A DNA stretch of 64,000 bases from Candidatus Melainabacteria bacterium 17Bon1m (GCA_032128875.1 JAVLKG010000006.1:96001-160000); one strand, 5' to 3'. Positions 18,662 through 28,827 are shown, counted from the first letter of the stretch. Notes: generated by a model not told the origin, from the sequence alone. Numbers and translations are program-made.

Positions 18662-20083
18662 ATGGGCAGTAGCGCTCCCGCATCTGATTCGGCTTTCGTC
18701 GGACGCAAGGTTTTGACAGAAGAAGGTTTCAAGGAAGCAGCCATTCTCGTCAAAGATGGGGTTATTCAAGCAGTCGTTGCAGTTTCCGATGTACCTCAAG
18801 GAGTGCCGGTTGAAGACGCCGGCGACCTGGTTGTCATTCCGGGGCTTGTCGACTGCCATGTTCATGTCAACGAACCCGGACGTACTGAGTGGGAAGGATT
18901 TGTCACAGCTACCAGGGCCGCCGCGGCCGGAGGCGTCACCACGATTGTCGATATGCCGCTCAATTGCATTCCTGTGACCACGACACTGGATGCACTGAAA
19001 GAAAAACTTGCTGCCATTGAAGGACTGCTGAATGTCGATTGCGCCTTCTGGGGTGGTGTGGTGCCGGGCAATCATGCAGAACTGGAAAAGATGGTGGCAC
19101 ATGGAGTTGTTGGTTTCAAATGCTTCCTGATACATTCTGGAATCGATGACTTTCCCAATGCGACCGAATTTGATTTGCGCAAAGCGATGCCAGTGTTGGC
19201 GCGTTTGGGTGTTCCACTTCTGGTGCATGCCGAAATGGAATGCTCGCACGTCGATGAAAGTCAGGATCAGCCCGGCGAATGGTTGAAGGCAGAACCTAGA
19301 TCGTATGCGGCTTTTCTCGAATCGCGTCCACGCCGCTGGGAGAACGAGGCGGTCAAACTCGTTTCCCTTCTCTGCGAAGAATTCAAATGCCGCACTCACA
19401 TCGTTCATTTATCTTCGTCAGACGCGCTCTCCATTGTCAAAGAAGCGAAGGGCAAACAACTTCCCTTCACTGCAGAGACATGCCCGCACTATCTGACTTT
19501 TGCCTCGGAAGATATTCCTGATGGTGACACGCGTTTCAAGTGCGCGCCACCAATTCGCGAGAGGGAAAATTCTGAAAAACTTTGGCAAGCGCTCAAGGAT
19601 GGCACGATTGATTTCGTAGTGTCGGACCATTCACCTTGCACGCCGGAACTAAAACTCATGAAAGAAGGAGACTTCGATAAAGCCTGGGGCGGCATTGCCT
19701 CGCTGCAATTTGGTCTGCCTGCGGTTTGGACCTTTGCCAAACAGAAGGGGCACAAACTGGAAGAAGTCGTCACCTGGATGTCTGAGAAAACTGCAAAATT
19801 CGCCGGGCTATATGGCGCTAAGGGCAAGATTGCGCCAGGATTTGACGCAGACATCGTCATGCTGGATCCGGAAGAAACTTTTGTTGTTGAGAAGAAAAAC
19901 GTTCAGCATAAGCATAAGGAAACACCGCATGAAGGGCGCAAATTCAGTGGTGTCGTGAAGCGCACTTATGTTCGCGGAACCAAGATTTACGATCAAGGCA
20001 ATTTCATCAAAGAAGGTCACGGCAAGAAAATCCTGAGCGGACGGCTGGATAGGCAAGAAGCGGTCGCAGGCAATTCCAGGTAA
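18662..20083 (+). CDS. allB: Allantoinase
   Basis: PGLVDCHVHVNEPGRTEWEGF, GGVTTIVDMPLN, ETCPHYL, FKCAPPIR and SDHSP. The RBS-supported start is ATG 18662. Confidence 0.95.
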   Translation: MGSSAPASDSAFVGRKVLTEEGFKEAAILVKDGVIQAVVAVSDVPQGVPVEDAGDLVVIPGLVDCHVHVNEPGRTEWEGFVTATRAAAAGGVTTIVDMPLNCIPVTTTLDALKEKLAAIEGLLNVDCAFWGGVVPGNHAELEKMVAHGVVGFKCFLIHSGIDDFPNATEFDLRKAMPVLARLGVPLLVHAEMECSHVDESQDQPGEWLKAEPRSYAAFLESRPRRWENEAVKLVSLLCEEFKCRTHIVHLSSSDALSIVKEAKGKQLPFTAETCPHYLTFASEDIPDGDTRFKCAPPIRERENSEKLWQALKDGTIDFVVSDHSPCTPELKLMKEGDFDKAWGGIASLQFGLPAVWTFAKQKGHKLEEVVTWMSEKTAKFAGLYGAKGKIAPGFDADIVMLDPEETFVVEKKNVQHKHKETPHEGRKFSGVVKRTYVRGTKIYDQGNFIKEGHGKKILSGRLDRQEAVAGNSR

Positions 20084-20089
20084 GCAGCA

Positions 20090-20614
20090 ATGACAGTAGA
20101 CGCCAATTCCAAGCTGGAGACATTGAATAGAAAGTCCGCAAGCGAGGCTGCCGAAGATCTGAAAAGATGCTGCGGTTCGCGCGTTTGGGTAGAAAAGATG
20201 CTCAGCCAGCGCCCTTTTCAATCTGTAGATGAAATATTCTCCGCAGCCGATGACATTTGGTTTAAACTTGCTCCCGAAGATTGGCTGGAAGCCTTTGCAC
20301 ATCATCCGAGAATCGGCGGCAATGTTGAAGCGCTGAGAGCTAAATTCGCCTCCACTGCAAGCTGGGCAGAGAACGAGCAGAAGGGAGTATCGCAAGCAAC
20401 TGAAGATGTTTTGCATGCTCTTTCAAAACTCAACGACGACTATTTTGAAAAGTACGGATACATCTTTATCGTTTGTGCCACAGGAAAATCCGCCCAAGAG
20501 ATGCTCGATATCTTGAAGTCCAGATTGCCCAATGACAAAGACAATGAGTTGAAAGTGGCTGCCGGTGAACAAGCGAAAATCACAAAAATTAGACTGGAAA
20601 AATTGATTTCATGA
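20090..20614 (+). CDS. uraD: OHCU decarboxylase
   Basis: CCGS..W.....RPF, AFAHHPRIG, EQKGV, Y.EKYGYIFIVCATGK and EQAKIT.IRL. Confidence 0.95.
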   Translation: MTVDANSKLETLNRKSASEAAEDLKRCCGSRVWVEKMLSQRPFQSVDEIFSAADDIWFKLAPEDWLEAFAHHPRIGGNVEALRAKFASTASWAENEQKGVSQATEDVLHALSKLNDDYFEKYGYIFIVCATGKSAQEMLDILKSRLPNDKDNELKVAAGEQAKITKIRLEKLIS

Positions 20615-20952
20615 GCAAAATAACCTCACATGTCCTCGATGCATCGCGCGGAAAACCAGCTCAGGGCGTCCCTCTGGTTTTGGAGCGAAACACTGATGGA
20701 AAGTGGGTAGAGCTTTCCAAAGCATCGACAAATTCCGACGGGCGCGCGCCCGATTTGTGGACAGAAGAAATGAAATTAGAGACTGGCATTTATCGACTGA
20801 CATTCGATACCAAAAATTATTTTGACTCGATTGGCGTGAAAGGCTTCTACCCGCATGTTCCGATTGTGTTTGAGATTCACGATGCAACACAGCACTATCA
20901 TGTGCCGCTATTGATAAGTCCATTCAGTTATTCGACATACAGAGGCAGTTAG
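20611..20952 (+). CDS. uraH: 5-hydroxyisourate hydrolase (transthyretin-like)
   Basis: ITSHVLD...GKPA, TNSDGR, FYP, HYHVPLLISPFSYSTYRGS C-terminus. Confidence 0.97.
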   Translation: MSKITSHVLDASRGKPAQGVPLVLERNTDGKWVELSKASTNSDGRAPDLWTEEMKLETGIYRLTFDTKNYFDSIGVKGFYPHVPIVFEIHDATQHYHVPLLISPFSYSTYRGS

Positions 20953-20976
20953 GCAAGGCAATAAGGAGATAAGGAC

Positions 20977-22431
20977 ATGAAAACTTCCCTAAACTCAGGG
21001 AACATCGGCGAAGTCTTCAGCAAGCTGGCAATCGCAAACAGAGAGTTTAACGCTCAGCATCCAGGTGATTCCGGTGCAAGGCAAGCAGTCCACACCGTAT
21101 ATGGTGGCGCTCACTTGTTTAAATCAGACTCCGCAAAAAAGCTCGGTGTCCTTGCTCTGCGCTCGTTAGATGAATACGCGCCTAACTTCGTTGTTTTTGC
21201 CAAAGCGCTTCAATTGGAAGGGTGGGAACAACTTCCCGAAAATGAAGAGAAGATTTTGAAATTGGAGCCTGTCCTCACTGAGAATCCGGAAGGCGTTAGG
21301 AAAGAACGCCACCCAGCCTGGCTCGCACACACTGTTTATAGTCGCGTCAGAGAAAAACTCGAGCGCGAAGCCGTCGAAGATTTCCGCATCGATTTCGAAG
21401 ACGGATATGGCAATAGACCAGATTCCGAAGAAGATATGCACACAGAACTGGCGGCGCAGGAAGTAGCCAAAGGCATGAAAGATGGCACTCTTTCGCCATT
21501 CATCGGTATTCGCATCAAGCCATTTACGGAAGAACTTCGCGACAGAAGTGCACGTACCCTCGATATTTTTCTTACAACATTGCTTGCCGAGACTGGCAAC
21601 AAACTGCCTGACAATTTTGTCGTCACCCTGCCTAAAGTGACAATCACTGAGCAAGTCACCGCCGCAATGGATTTGCTGGCTCTGATTGAAAAGAAAGTGG
21701 GCTTGCCCCATAACACAATCAAAATTGAACTGATGGTGGAGACGCCTCAATCAATCATCAATGCCAAAGGGCAGTGCGCACTTCCTGAGTTTGTCAGAGC
21801 TGGAGAGGGTCGCTGCATCGGATGCCACTTCGGTGTGTATGATTACACGGCGTCTTCCAACATCACCGCTGCATATCAATCGATGGATCATCCATCCTGC
21901 GATTTTGCTCGCGAAATGATGCGTGTTTCGTTGGCTGGAACAGGCTTGTGGCTTTCAGACGGTGCAACCAATGTGATGCCCGTCGGGCCGAACCGTCCGG
22001 ATGAAAACGGCAACCTGACAGAAGCCCAACGGCGCGAAAATATAGAGACTGTCCATCGCGCCTGGAAACTTGGATTCGACCATGTCAGACATTCGCTCAA
22101 ACACGCATATTATCAGGGCTGGGACTTGCATCCGGCTCAGCTTCCTGTGCGTTATGCTGCATGTTATTCCTTCTTTTTGGAAGGTCTCGAGCCGGCCAGT
22201 CTGCGCTTGAGAAGTTTTATAGAAAAGGCTGCCCAAGCCACTCTTGTCGGTGATGTCTTTGATGACGCTGCAACTGGGCAAGGTTTGCTCAACTACTTTT
22301 TGCGTGCCATCAACTGTGGTGCTGTCTCAAAAGAAGAAGTCAAAGCGACTGGACTGACCCTGGAAGAAATCTCGACTCGCTCCTTCCTCAGAATTTTGGA
22401 AGGCAGAAGAGAAAAAGTGCTCGCCAAATAG
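20977..22431 (+). CDS. CitE/HpcH (PEP/pyruvate TIM-barrel) superfamily enzyme, DUF6986-like
   Basis: RQAVHTVYGGA, DFRIDFEDGYG, VTLPKV, ELMVETPQSI, HFGVYDYTA, LSDGATN and YQGWDLHPAQLP; AAGGAG/AAGGA RBS. Confidence 0.8.
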   Translation: MKTSLNSGNIGEVFSKLAIANREFNAQHPGDSGARQAVHTVYGGAHLFKSDSAKKLGVLALRSLDEYAPNFVVFAKALQLEGWEQLPENEEKILKLEPVLTENPEGVRKERHPAWLAHTVYSRVREKLEREAVEDFRIDFEDGYGNRPDSEEDMHTELAAQEVAKGMKDGTLSPFIGIRIKPFTEELRDRSARTLDIFLTTLLAETGNKLPDNFVVTLPKVTITEQVTAAMDLLALIEKKVGLPHNTIKIELMVETPQSIINAKGQCALPEFVRAGEGRCIGCHFGVYDYTASSNITAAYQSMDHPSCDFAREMMRVSLAGTGLWLSDGATNVMPVGPNRPDENGNLTEAQRRENIETVHRAWKLGFDHVRHSLKHAYYQGWDLHPAQLPVRYAACYSFFLEGLEPASLRLRSFIEKAAQATLVGDVFDDAATGQGLLNYFLRAINCGAVSKEEVKATGLTLEEISTRSFLRILEGRREKVLAK

Positions 22432-22591
22432 GCGAATTTAAAACTAGTCACGAGTGAGCTTTATTAGTGGCCCCCGTCGCCGCTGATACGTTGTCATTTT
22501 AAGAAAAACAGCGAATAATTTTCGGATTTCGAGGCCATTTAGAGTCATAAGCTAACGACGTGGTGGTACAAAGTACTAGGTTTGTCGCCGT

Positions 22592-24268
22592 TTGGTATTG
22601 ACATTGCATAAGTCATCTTGGACGCCTCTAAAAGTTGCGTCCGTGGTCAATCCTACTGAAGTTGACCTGGACCGGGTCCTGAATCTCGCGCGCCAAAACC
22701 TTGGCCGCCCGGTGGAATTGCCTTTCGGGACCGGCAAAGGTTATTTGCTTACTGCGATCACACCGCCGGACCCGTCCGGCATGAACCGTGTCAGCTACAT
22801 AGAGTGGACCCTTATTGACGTCGAGAATTCCCATTTGCCGCCCCTCTGGTCTCACCGGACCACAGACCTGGCGGTACTTCTAGGCATGATTCACCTGGAG
22901 ATTTCCAAGAATTCCTCAGCCGGCATCCCTGCCCAGCCTGCTGCCGGCGCAACTCTGATGACCACCCAGGAAATGCAGCCTGGCGGCTTTCTTCAGCAGA
23001 TCAACTCAAGCCCCAGCCTGCCTATGCAGCCACTGCAGCCCCACAATTCAATGCAACCAATGCACGGCGGAGGGATGCCTGATACGGGCAATGCGGCGAG
23101 CGGAACCTATGCGACTTTTGGAGTTAATCTTTCCGGGGAGCTGGAAGACATCGATCTGTTCGGTGTATTGCAGTCGGTTTCTATCTGCAAAATGACTGGC
23201 AGGCTGGAAATAGTTGAAGGCATGCGTCAGATAGAACTTTTCTTTGAAGAAGGCACGCCTGTCCATGCGACAAAAGAAGATGCACTTCTTGTCGAAGGGC
23301 AGAGTGCGCATAAAGGCTATGACGTAGTGCTCGAGTCTCTTCTCTGGAAGAAAGGCAAATTCGCTTTTGCATCGAAAATTGTTGCCAAAGAGAAGACCGT
23401 AACTAAGCGAATGGACGCACTTCTGGTCGAAGCTGCCGCGTTGCGCGATCAAAAACAAGAGTTGGAAAAGCGTGGATTCGATGATGACGCGCCAATATAC
23501 AAGACCAACCCCGGCATGAGCGAGCAAGAGTTTGAATCTCTTGCGCGCGCTGGCGGTGTGCCCGCTGATTTGAACGTGCAGAAAACCATCTACAGTCAGA
23601 TGAAGCCTGGCGAAACCATGCACGATTTTCTTGTGCGCATGCCAATGCCGATGGGCGTGTGGCTGCCTGCTGTTTTCAATATGACCATGCAAAATATCAT
23701 CGCTCCGAAAGGAAAGACAGGGCAGCCTGTTTTTCAGAGCACGGGCGCGATCGACTTTTCTATCATCGATAACGCTTTCCTCGAAATCCTGCGTCCCGAG
23801 ACGGATATGCTCAGCTATCCGCTCTTTTTGTTGTTTGTGCAAAGAGAGCATAAGCGCAGCGCCCGCACGCGAACTGGCTATTCTGTAGTTATTTTTGATG
23901 TGAAGCAAAACGGTCTTTTGCCGGCCGGCAAGCACTTAAGACGCGTCGTAAAGGCCTTCAATTTGGTGAAAGGTGAACTCGATCTGGTCGGGCACTTCCA
24001 GACTCTCGAGTTCGGTTTTATCCTTCCATTTAGCAATGGTGAAAAGGCGCTTGGGCTGTGCCGCAATCTCGTCAAGACTCTGGCTGATCTGCCTGACGAA
24101 GTTGAAGAGGGCGAGGCACCTGCCGAGCCTCAAGAGCCTGAAGCGCCGCTTAAGCTGTCATTTGGCGTTGTTTCTGTTCCGGAAGATTCGACAGATCTGA
24201 CGAAAGCAATTTTGCTTGCTCAATCAAATCGGCTCAACAAAGCACAAGGTCGTTACTTCGAAGCGTAG
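22592..24268 (+). CDS. DUF4388-like domain plus degenerate GGDEF-like domain protein
   Basis: LSGELEDIDLFGVLQSVSICKMTGRL...LFFEEG.PVHA...W..G.F.F (DUF4388-like). C-terminal PETDMLS...YSVVIFDV...DLVGHFQTLEFGFIL...LSFGV. Start uncertain. Confidence 0.7.
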   Translation: MVLTLHKSSWTPLKVASVVNPTEVDLDRVLNLARQNLGRPVELPFGTGKGYLLTAITPPDPSGMNRVSYIEWTLIDVENSHLPPLWSHRTTDLAVLLGMIHLEISKNSSAGIPAQPAAGATLMTTQEMQPGGFLQQINSSPSLPMQPLQPHNSMQPMHGGGMPDTGNAASGTYATFGVNLSGELEDIDLFGVLQSVSICKMTGRLEIVEGMRQIELFFEEGTPVHATKEDALLVEGQSAHKGYDVVLESLLWKKGKFAFASKIVAKEKTVTKRMDALLVEAAALRDQKQELEKRGFDDDAPIYKTNPGMSEQEFESLARAGGVPADLNVQKTIYSQMKPGETMHDFLVRMPMPMGVWLPAVFNMTMQNIIAPKGKTGQPVFQSTGAIDFSIIDNAFLEILRPETDMLSYPLFLLFVQREHKRSARTRTGYSVVIFDVKQNGLLPAGKHLRRVVKAFNLVKGELDLVGHFQTLEFGFILPFSNGEKALGLCRNLVKTLADLPDEVEEGEAPAEPQEPEAPLKLSFGVVSVPEDSTDLTKAILLAQSNRLNKAQGRYFEA

Positions 24269-24324
24269 CAAATTACGTAGGGCGCCTCATGCGGCTCCCT
24301 GACAGGTAAGCGTGTGCGCTTTCC

Positions 24325-25410
24325 CTACTTGGCACATCGGTTTCGTGCCAATGCATCTTTTATAGATTGTGTATACGGCGGGCTGAGCACACCTTCTTCT
24401 GTGATGATGCCTTTTATCAAATGATTTGGAGTGACATCGAACGCCGGATTGAGCGCGTCTGCACCTTTCACTGTCACAGACTGCCCTTCGATATTTCGCA
24501 CCTCGTCTTTATTGCGAAATTCAATCGGTATCTCGGCGCCGGTTTGAATATCAGGGTCGAATGTCGATAGAGGTGCTGCAATGTAGAAAGGAATACCGTG
24601 ATGATGCGCTAAAACAGCTAAAGAGTATGTTCCTATCTTGTTTGCCGAATCACCGTTTGCCGCAATTCTGTCAGCGCCGGTGATGACCATATCTACATCG
24701 CCTTTGTTCATCAAATAGCCGGACATGTTGTCGCAGATCAAGGTTGCCGGAATGCCGTCTTGCGTTAATTCCCACATGGTCAGTTTAGAGCCTTGATTGC
24801 GCGGTCTTGTCTCATCGACAAAGACCTGCGGTTTCAAACCTTTCAAATGCGCCGATCTGATGACGCCCAGAGCTGTTCCCCATCCGCAAGTGGCCAGCGA
24901 ACCCGCATTGCAATGCGTGATGATGCGCGCTGAATTTGGAACAACGGTTTGACCGAATTCGCTGAGTTTTTTATTTCGCTCCAGATGATCTTGCAGCATG
25001 CTCTCGGCAAACTGGAATATCTTGTCGGCGAAATCTTTGCTGTTGAGCCCGTCTTTGAGTAGTTGCTGCGCGTAAAGATGAACCTCGCCTGTTGCCCATT
25101 TCAAATTGACCGCGGTCGGTCTAGTTGCATCGAGCTTCTCTTTCACTGCAGTCAATTCACTAAGTAGGGGCAGAGAATTTCGATGAAGAGTCAGATCTCT
25201 CAGGTGCGCGGCCATAGAGAGTCCAGCGGCTACTCCAATCGACGGAGCTCCTCTCACGACCATATCGACAATTGCAAAACACATCTGATCTACATCAGTG
25301 GCGTCGAAGTACTCGGTCGCGTCAGGCAATTTGCGTTGGTCAATCAGGATGATCTTGCCGTCCTTGGTGTGAACCGGCATGGTTCCTTCGTTCAATTTGA
25401 TTGCTTCCAT
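24325..25410 (-). CDS. mtnA: S-methyl-5-thioribose-1-phosphate isomerase
   Basis: MVVRGAPSIG, TRPTAVNL, THCNAGSLAT, DETRP.NQG, GADRIAANGDSANKIGT and NPAFDVTP. Confidence 0.95.
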   Translation of the reverse strand: MEAIKLNEGTMPVHTKDGKIILIDQRKLPDATEYFDATDVDQMCFAIVDMVVRGAPSIGVAAGLSMAAHLRDLTLHRNSLPLLSELTAVKEKLDATRPTAVNLKWATGEVHLYAQQLLKDGLNSKDFADKIFQFAESMLQDHLERNKKLSEFGQTVVPNSARIITHCNAGSLATCGWGTALGVIRSAHLKGLKPQVFVDETRPRNQGSKLTMWELTQDGIPATLICDNMSGYLMNKGDVDMVITGADRIAANGDSANKIGTYSLAVLAHHHGIPFYIAAPLSTFDPDIQTGAEIPIEFRNKDEVRNIEGQSVTVKGADALNPAFDVTPNHLIKGIITEEGVLSPPYTQSIKDALARNRCAK

Positions 25411-25479
25411 AATCTTCGATCCTGCAAGTGTTCTTCTTGAACGCCAATAAGTGCTGCAGGCTGTGATTATCTCATGTGT

Positions 25480-25513
25480 AAGAAAGACAAAGACCGGACT
25501 TTCGCCCGGTCTT
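25480..25513 (-). terminator. Intrinsic terminator of ftsZ
   Basis: Minus strand AAGACCGGGC-GAAA-GUCCGGUCUU followed by UGUCUUUCUU. Confidence 0.75.
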
Positions 25514-25551
25514 CAATTCTTTTCTGCGCTAGGCGCAACTTGGGAATTCGC

Positions 25552-26682
25552 TTAGTTTTTCGGTCCGCGAGACTTGAGGAATTCCGGTATGTCAAGGATG
25601 TCACTGCCAATCGGCTTTTGCTGCGGTCTCGGCTGCTCTTGCTGATAATGCTGTTGAGCACGAGGCTGTGGTGCAGACATTGCTGGTTGACGTGGTTGTT
25701 GATTTTGCTGAACCATGTCAAAGCCGGTGGCGATGACGGTGATCAGCACTTCGCCGTGCAGTCTGTCGTCGAGCACAGCTCCGAAGATGATGTTGGCATC
25801 ATCGGATACTGCGGAGTAGATGACATTGGCCGCTTCTTGAACTTCATGCAGTGTGAGGTCTGGTCCGCCGGTGACGGAGAAGATCACACCAGATGCACCG
25901 TCTATGGTGCACTCGAGCAATGGGCTGTTGATAGCATTGCGTGCCGCTTCGACAGCTCTGCCTTCGCCTGTTGCGCGACCAACGCCCATAAGAGCGCTGC
26001 CCGCAGTCGCCATAATTGCTTTGACGTCTGCGAAGTCTACGTTGATCAAGCCAGGAACGGTGATGATGTCGGAGATACCTTGCACACCTTGCATCAGCAC
26101 TTTGTCGGCTTCGACGAATGCTTCTTGCATGGAGGCGCGGTGATCGACGACTTCAAGCAGTCTTTGGTTCGGGATTACGATCAGCGTGTCGACGCGCGAT
26201 TTGATTTCTTGAATGCCGTTTTCGGCTTGATTCATGCGGCGCTTGCCTTCGAAAAGGAAAGGTCTGGAGACTACGCCGACGGTCAGAGCGCCGATTTCTC
26301 TTGCTACTTCAGCAACGATAGGCGCTGCACCGGTGCCGGTGCCACCGCCCATACCTGCTGCGATAAATACCATGTCTGCGCCCTGGAGAGCTGCTGCGAT
26401 GTCCTCGCGGCTTTCTTCTGCGCCTTTGGTGCCGATCGTCGGATTGCCGCCGGCTCCTAATCCTCTGGTCAGTTTTGCACCGATTTGCAAGCGATTTTTC
26501 GCTGCTGACAAATCGAGCGCCTGGGCGTCAGTATTGCAAGCCCAGAATTCAACCCCGTTGAGACCCGCTTGGATCATGCGGTTGACAGCGTTGGAGCCGG
26601 CTCCGCCGACACCTACAACCTTGATGTTGGCTTTGATCTCCAACTTTGCCTTATCGTCTTTTTTCTCGTTACGCTCAAGCAC
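25552..26682 (-). CDS. ftsZ: Cell division protein FtsZ
   Basis: [25 protein letters not shown] tubulin motif, INVDFADV, C-terminal core DIPEFL. Confidence 0.98.
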   Translation of the reverse strand: MLERNEKKDDKAKLEIKANIKVVGVGGAGSNAVNRMIQAGLNGVEFWACNTDAQALDLSAAKNRLQIGAKLTRGLGAGGNPTIGTKGAEESREDIAAALQGADMVFIAAGMGGGTGTGAAPIVAEVAREIGALTVGVVSRPFLFEGKRRMNQAENGIQEIKSRVDTLIVIPNQRLLEVVDHRASMQEAFVEADKVLMQGVQGISDIITVPGLINVDFADVKAIMATAGSALMGVGRATGEGRAVEAARNAINSPLLECTIDGASGVIFSVTGGPDLTLHEVQEAANVIYSAVSDDANIIFGAVLDDRLHGEVLITVIATGFDMVQQNQQPRQPAMSAPQPRAQQHYQQEQPRPQQKPIGSDILDIPEFLKSRGPKN

Positions 26683-26813
26683 GACGCGTAGCCCTCATGG
26701 AATATATACAGTTGAAATACCTTAGTAGAATCTGGACTAGAAGCAGGACAGGTTGTGCCGTTCACGAGGGAACTGCGCTCCAGAGGCCCAGTCGATAGGC
26801 TTTCGACTAGGCT

Positions 26814-26842
26814 ATCGTAAGGCGTATTCTGGCTATTTGCAA
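26814..26842 (-). promoter_or_regulatory. Putative sigma70-type ftsZ promoter
   Basis: Minus strand TTGCAA-N17-TACGAT, about 130 nt upstream of the ftsZ start. Confidence 0.55.
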
Positions 26843-27018
26843 TAATGTGCAGCGCTTATGTAGTTAACCTTATCCAAGGCAATAGCCGCGCACAGTAGTC
26901 AGTAAAACGGTTGCCAGTACCTGGCCTGTGGACGCGCTTTACTCCCCCAAAACTCGCATTTTGGCGTCTTCTTATATTTTGATAAATTCAATATATGTAA
27001 AGCAAAAGAGAGAAAGAA

Positions 27019-27843
27019 CTACTTAGCTTTCGCCTCAGCAGTCTTTATCTTTTGCAACGTCTCTTTGCACGCTTTGTTGTCGGGAGCCAGGTCGCATGCG
27101 GTTTGCGCCGATTTCACTGCTTCTGCAAAGCGGTGGTCGGAAGCCAGCACCCCGGCGAGCATTCTGTGAGCTTCGGAATTTTTCTTGTCCAGCTCAACAC
27201 ATCGTTGCAAATACGTCGCTGCTTCTTTTGCATTGCCTGACATCGCATAGGCACTGCCTAAATAAAAATTGGCATCGGGATCGTTGGGAGTAAGCGCAAC
27301 CGCCTTCTTCTCTTCTTCGATCTGCGCATCGATGTCGCCGCGCGTTCCGAGCGCCGCTCCGAGATCTCTGTGTGCTGCTGCGTGATCGGCTTTCAGCTTG
27401 ATTGCTTGCTTGAAGGAAGCAACTGCTTCTTCCGGCTTGTCCATGCGCAGCAAGAGCTGACCCAGTCTGTGATGCACATCTGGATTGTTGGGATCGAGCT
27501 TGGCAGCGTCTTTCATCGCCTGAGCTGCTTCCAGCATGTTGCCTTCGCGCATCAATACACGCGCCAGCCCGAAATGTGCTTCCGACTCATTGGGCTCGAG
27601 TTTGATAGCTTCTTTGAATTGCTCTTCGGCCTTCTTCAACTCGCCTTGCATGAGATAGGCTCTGCCGAGTTTGACGCGATTCTTTTGATTTTTGGGATTT
27701 TGCTCGATGGCTGCTTCGTAGCGGAATACGGCATTCTTGATGTCTTCTTCGTCTTGATCGGCAGCCTGAGCCACTTGGGGAAGGACGCCGTTGAAGGCGA
27801 ACGCCGAAAGTGCCAGCATGGTCAGCAATTGACGGTATCTCAT
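27019..27843 (-). CDS. Exported TPR-repeat protein
   Basis: Signal peptide ending AQA; about 6 TPRs, e.g. AHFGLARVLMREGNMLEAAQAMKDAAKLDP. Confidence 0.9.
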   Translation of the reverse strand: MRYRQLLTMLALSAFAFNGVLPQVAQAADQDEEDIKNAVFRYEAAIEQNPKNQKNRVKLGRAYLMQGELKKAEEQFKEAIKLEPNESEAHFGLARVLMREGNMLEAAQAMKDAAKLDPNNPDVHHRLGQLLLRMDKPEEAVASFKQAIKLKADHAAAHRDLGAALGTRGDIDAQIEEEKKAVALTPNDPDANFYLGSAYAMSGNAKEAATYLQRCVELDKKNSEAHRMLAGVLASDHRFAEAVKSAQTACDLAPDNKACKETLQKIKTAEAKAK

Positions 27844-27852
27844 TTGGTTCTA

Positions 27853-28827
27853 CTACCTCACAGTCAGCTTTTGTCTTTGTTTGGCTGCCTTCCCATTCAG
27901 GAGCCTTTCCAGTGCGGCTCTTGTTTCAGGAGCCTTGGGATTGATTTGAATTGCCTGACGGAAAGCTTCGAGAGCTTCCGTTTCTTTGCCTTCTTTTTCC
28001 AGTGCTTCACCGAGTGTCAGATAGGCCCAGTGGTTTGAAGGCAGATACTTTATTGCCAGCTTCTCGAGTCCGACTGCGGATCTTATATTGTTTTGGTCGT
28101 TTTTTTGCAAAAGGCAGCGCCCTAATTCCAGATATGTGAAGGACAATTTTGCGTCATCTGGCTTGGGTTTGAGCAAAAGAATCGTGGCGTATTTTTCTTT
28201 CGCTTCATCGATGTTTCCTTTCTCTCTCAGCGCTCCGCCCAGATTGAAAAGCGCCTCGACAGAATTCGGCTCTTTCTTCTGAACGATCTGAAACTGCTCT
28301 ATGGCTTGATCCAGCAACCCTATCTTTTGCATGCAAATGCCGAGATTGCCGCGCGATACGAGATCTTCAGGCTGTGCATCCACCACTTGCTTCAGCTGCC
28401 CGCCTGCTTCGTCATAACTGCCGCGTTTCATAAAAATGACCGCCATCTCTTTTCTGGCGTCAATCAAGCTGGGGTCATGATTGAGAGCTTCAAGAAATTC
28501 CGAAACAGCCTTGTCCTCGTTGCCCAGCCTCGCCAAACTGCGCCCGTACTCAAAGTGATTGATACCGGACTCTGCGTTTTTCTCGACCGCTTGCCGGAAA
28601 AGCTCGCAGGACGGCTGGAATTGACCGGAAAGAAACAGTTTGCGCCCTGTTTCCAGCAGTTTTTCGGACGGATCTTCTTTGGGCTTAACACTGAAGAATT
28701 GCGGTTTGCCAAGGGCTGGCTCGATTATTGGCGAAAAACACACAAATCCTGCGCACGCCGATAGTATGAGCGGTAATGTTGATGTGTATATAAAATGTTT
28801 GCGCTTTGAATTGCCTTTGGATTTCAT
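27853..28827 (-). CDS. TPR-repeat protein with an N-terminal hydrophobic segment
   Basis: Multiple TPRs, e.g. AYLTLGEALEKEGKETEALEAFRQAIQINP. Confidence 0.88.
   Translation of the reverse strand: MKSKGNSKRKHFIYTSTLPLILSACAGFVCFSPIIEPALGKPQFFSVKPKEDPSEKLLETGRKLFLSGQFQPSCELFRQAVEKNAESGINHFEYGRSLARLGNEDKAVSEFLEALNHDPSLIDARKEMAVIFMKRGSYDEAGGQLKQVVDAQPEDLVSRGNLGICMQKIGLLDQAIEQFQIVQKKEPNSVEALFNLGGALREKGNIDEAKEKYATILLLKPKPDDAKLSFTYLELGRCLLQKNDQNNIRSAVGLEKLAIKYLPSNHWAYLTLGEALEKEGKETEALEAFRQAIQINPKAPETRAALERLLNGKAAKQRQKLTVR

Noticed and set aside
22565-22577. GGTAC-AAA-GTACT resembling the cyanobacterial LexA box
   Set aside because: The spacer is 3 nt rather than 4, the downstream gene is not an SOS gene, and no such box was seen before uvrA.
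25474-26460. 328-aa + strand ORF antisense to ftsZ
   Set aside because: A typical shadow ORF produced by codon bias in a conserved gene; no recognisable motifs.
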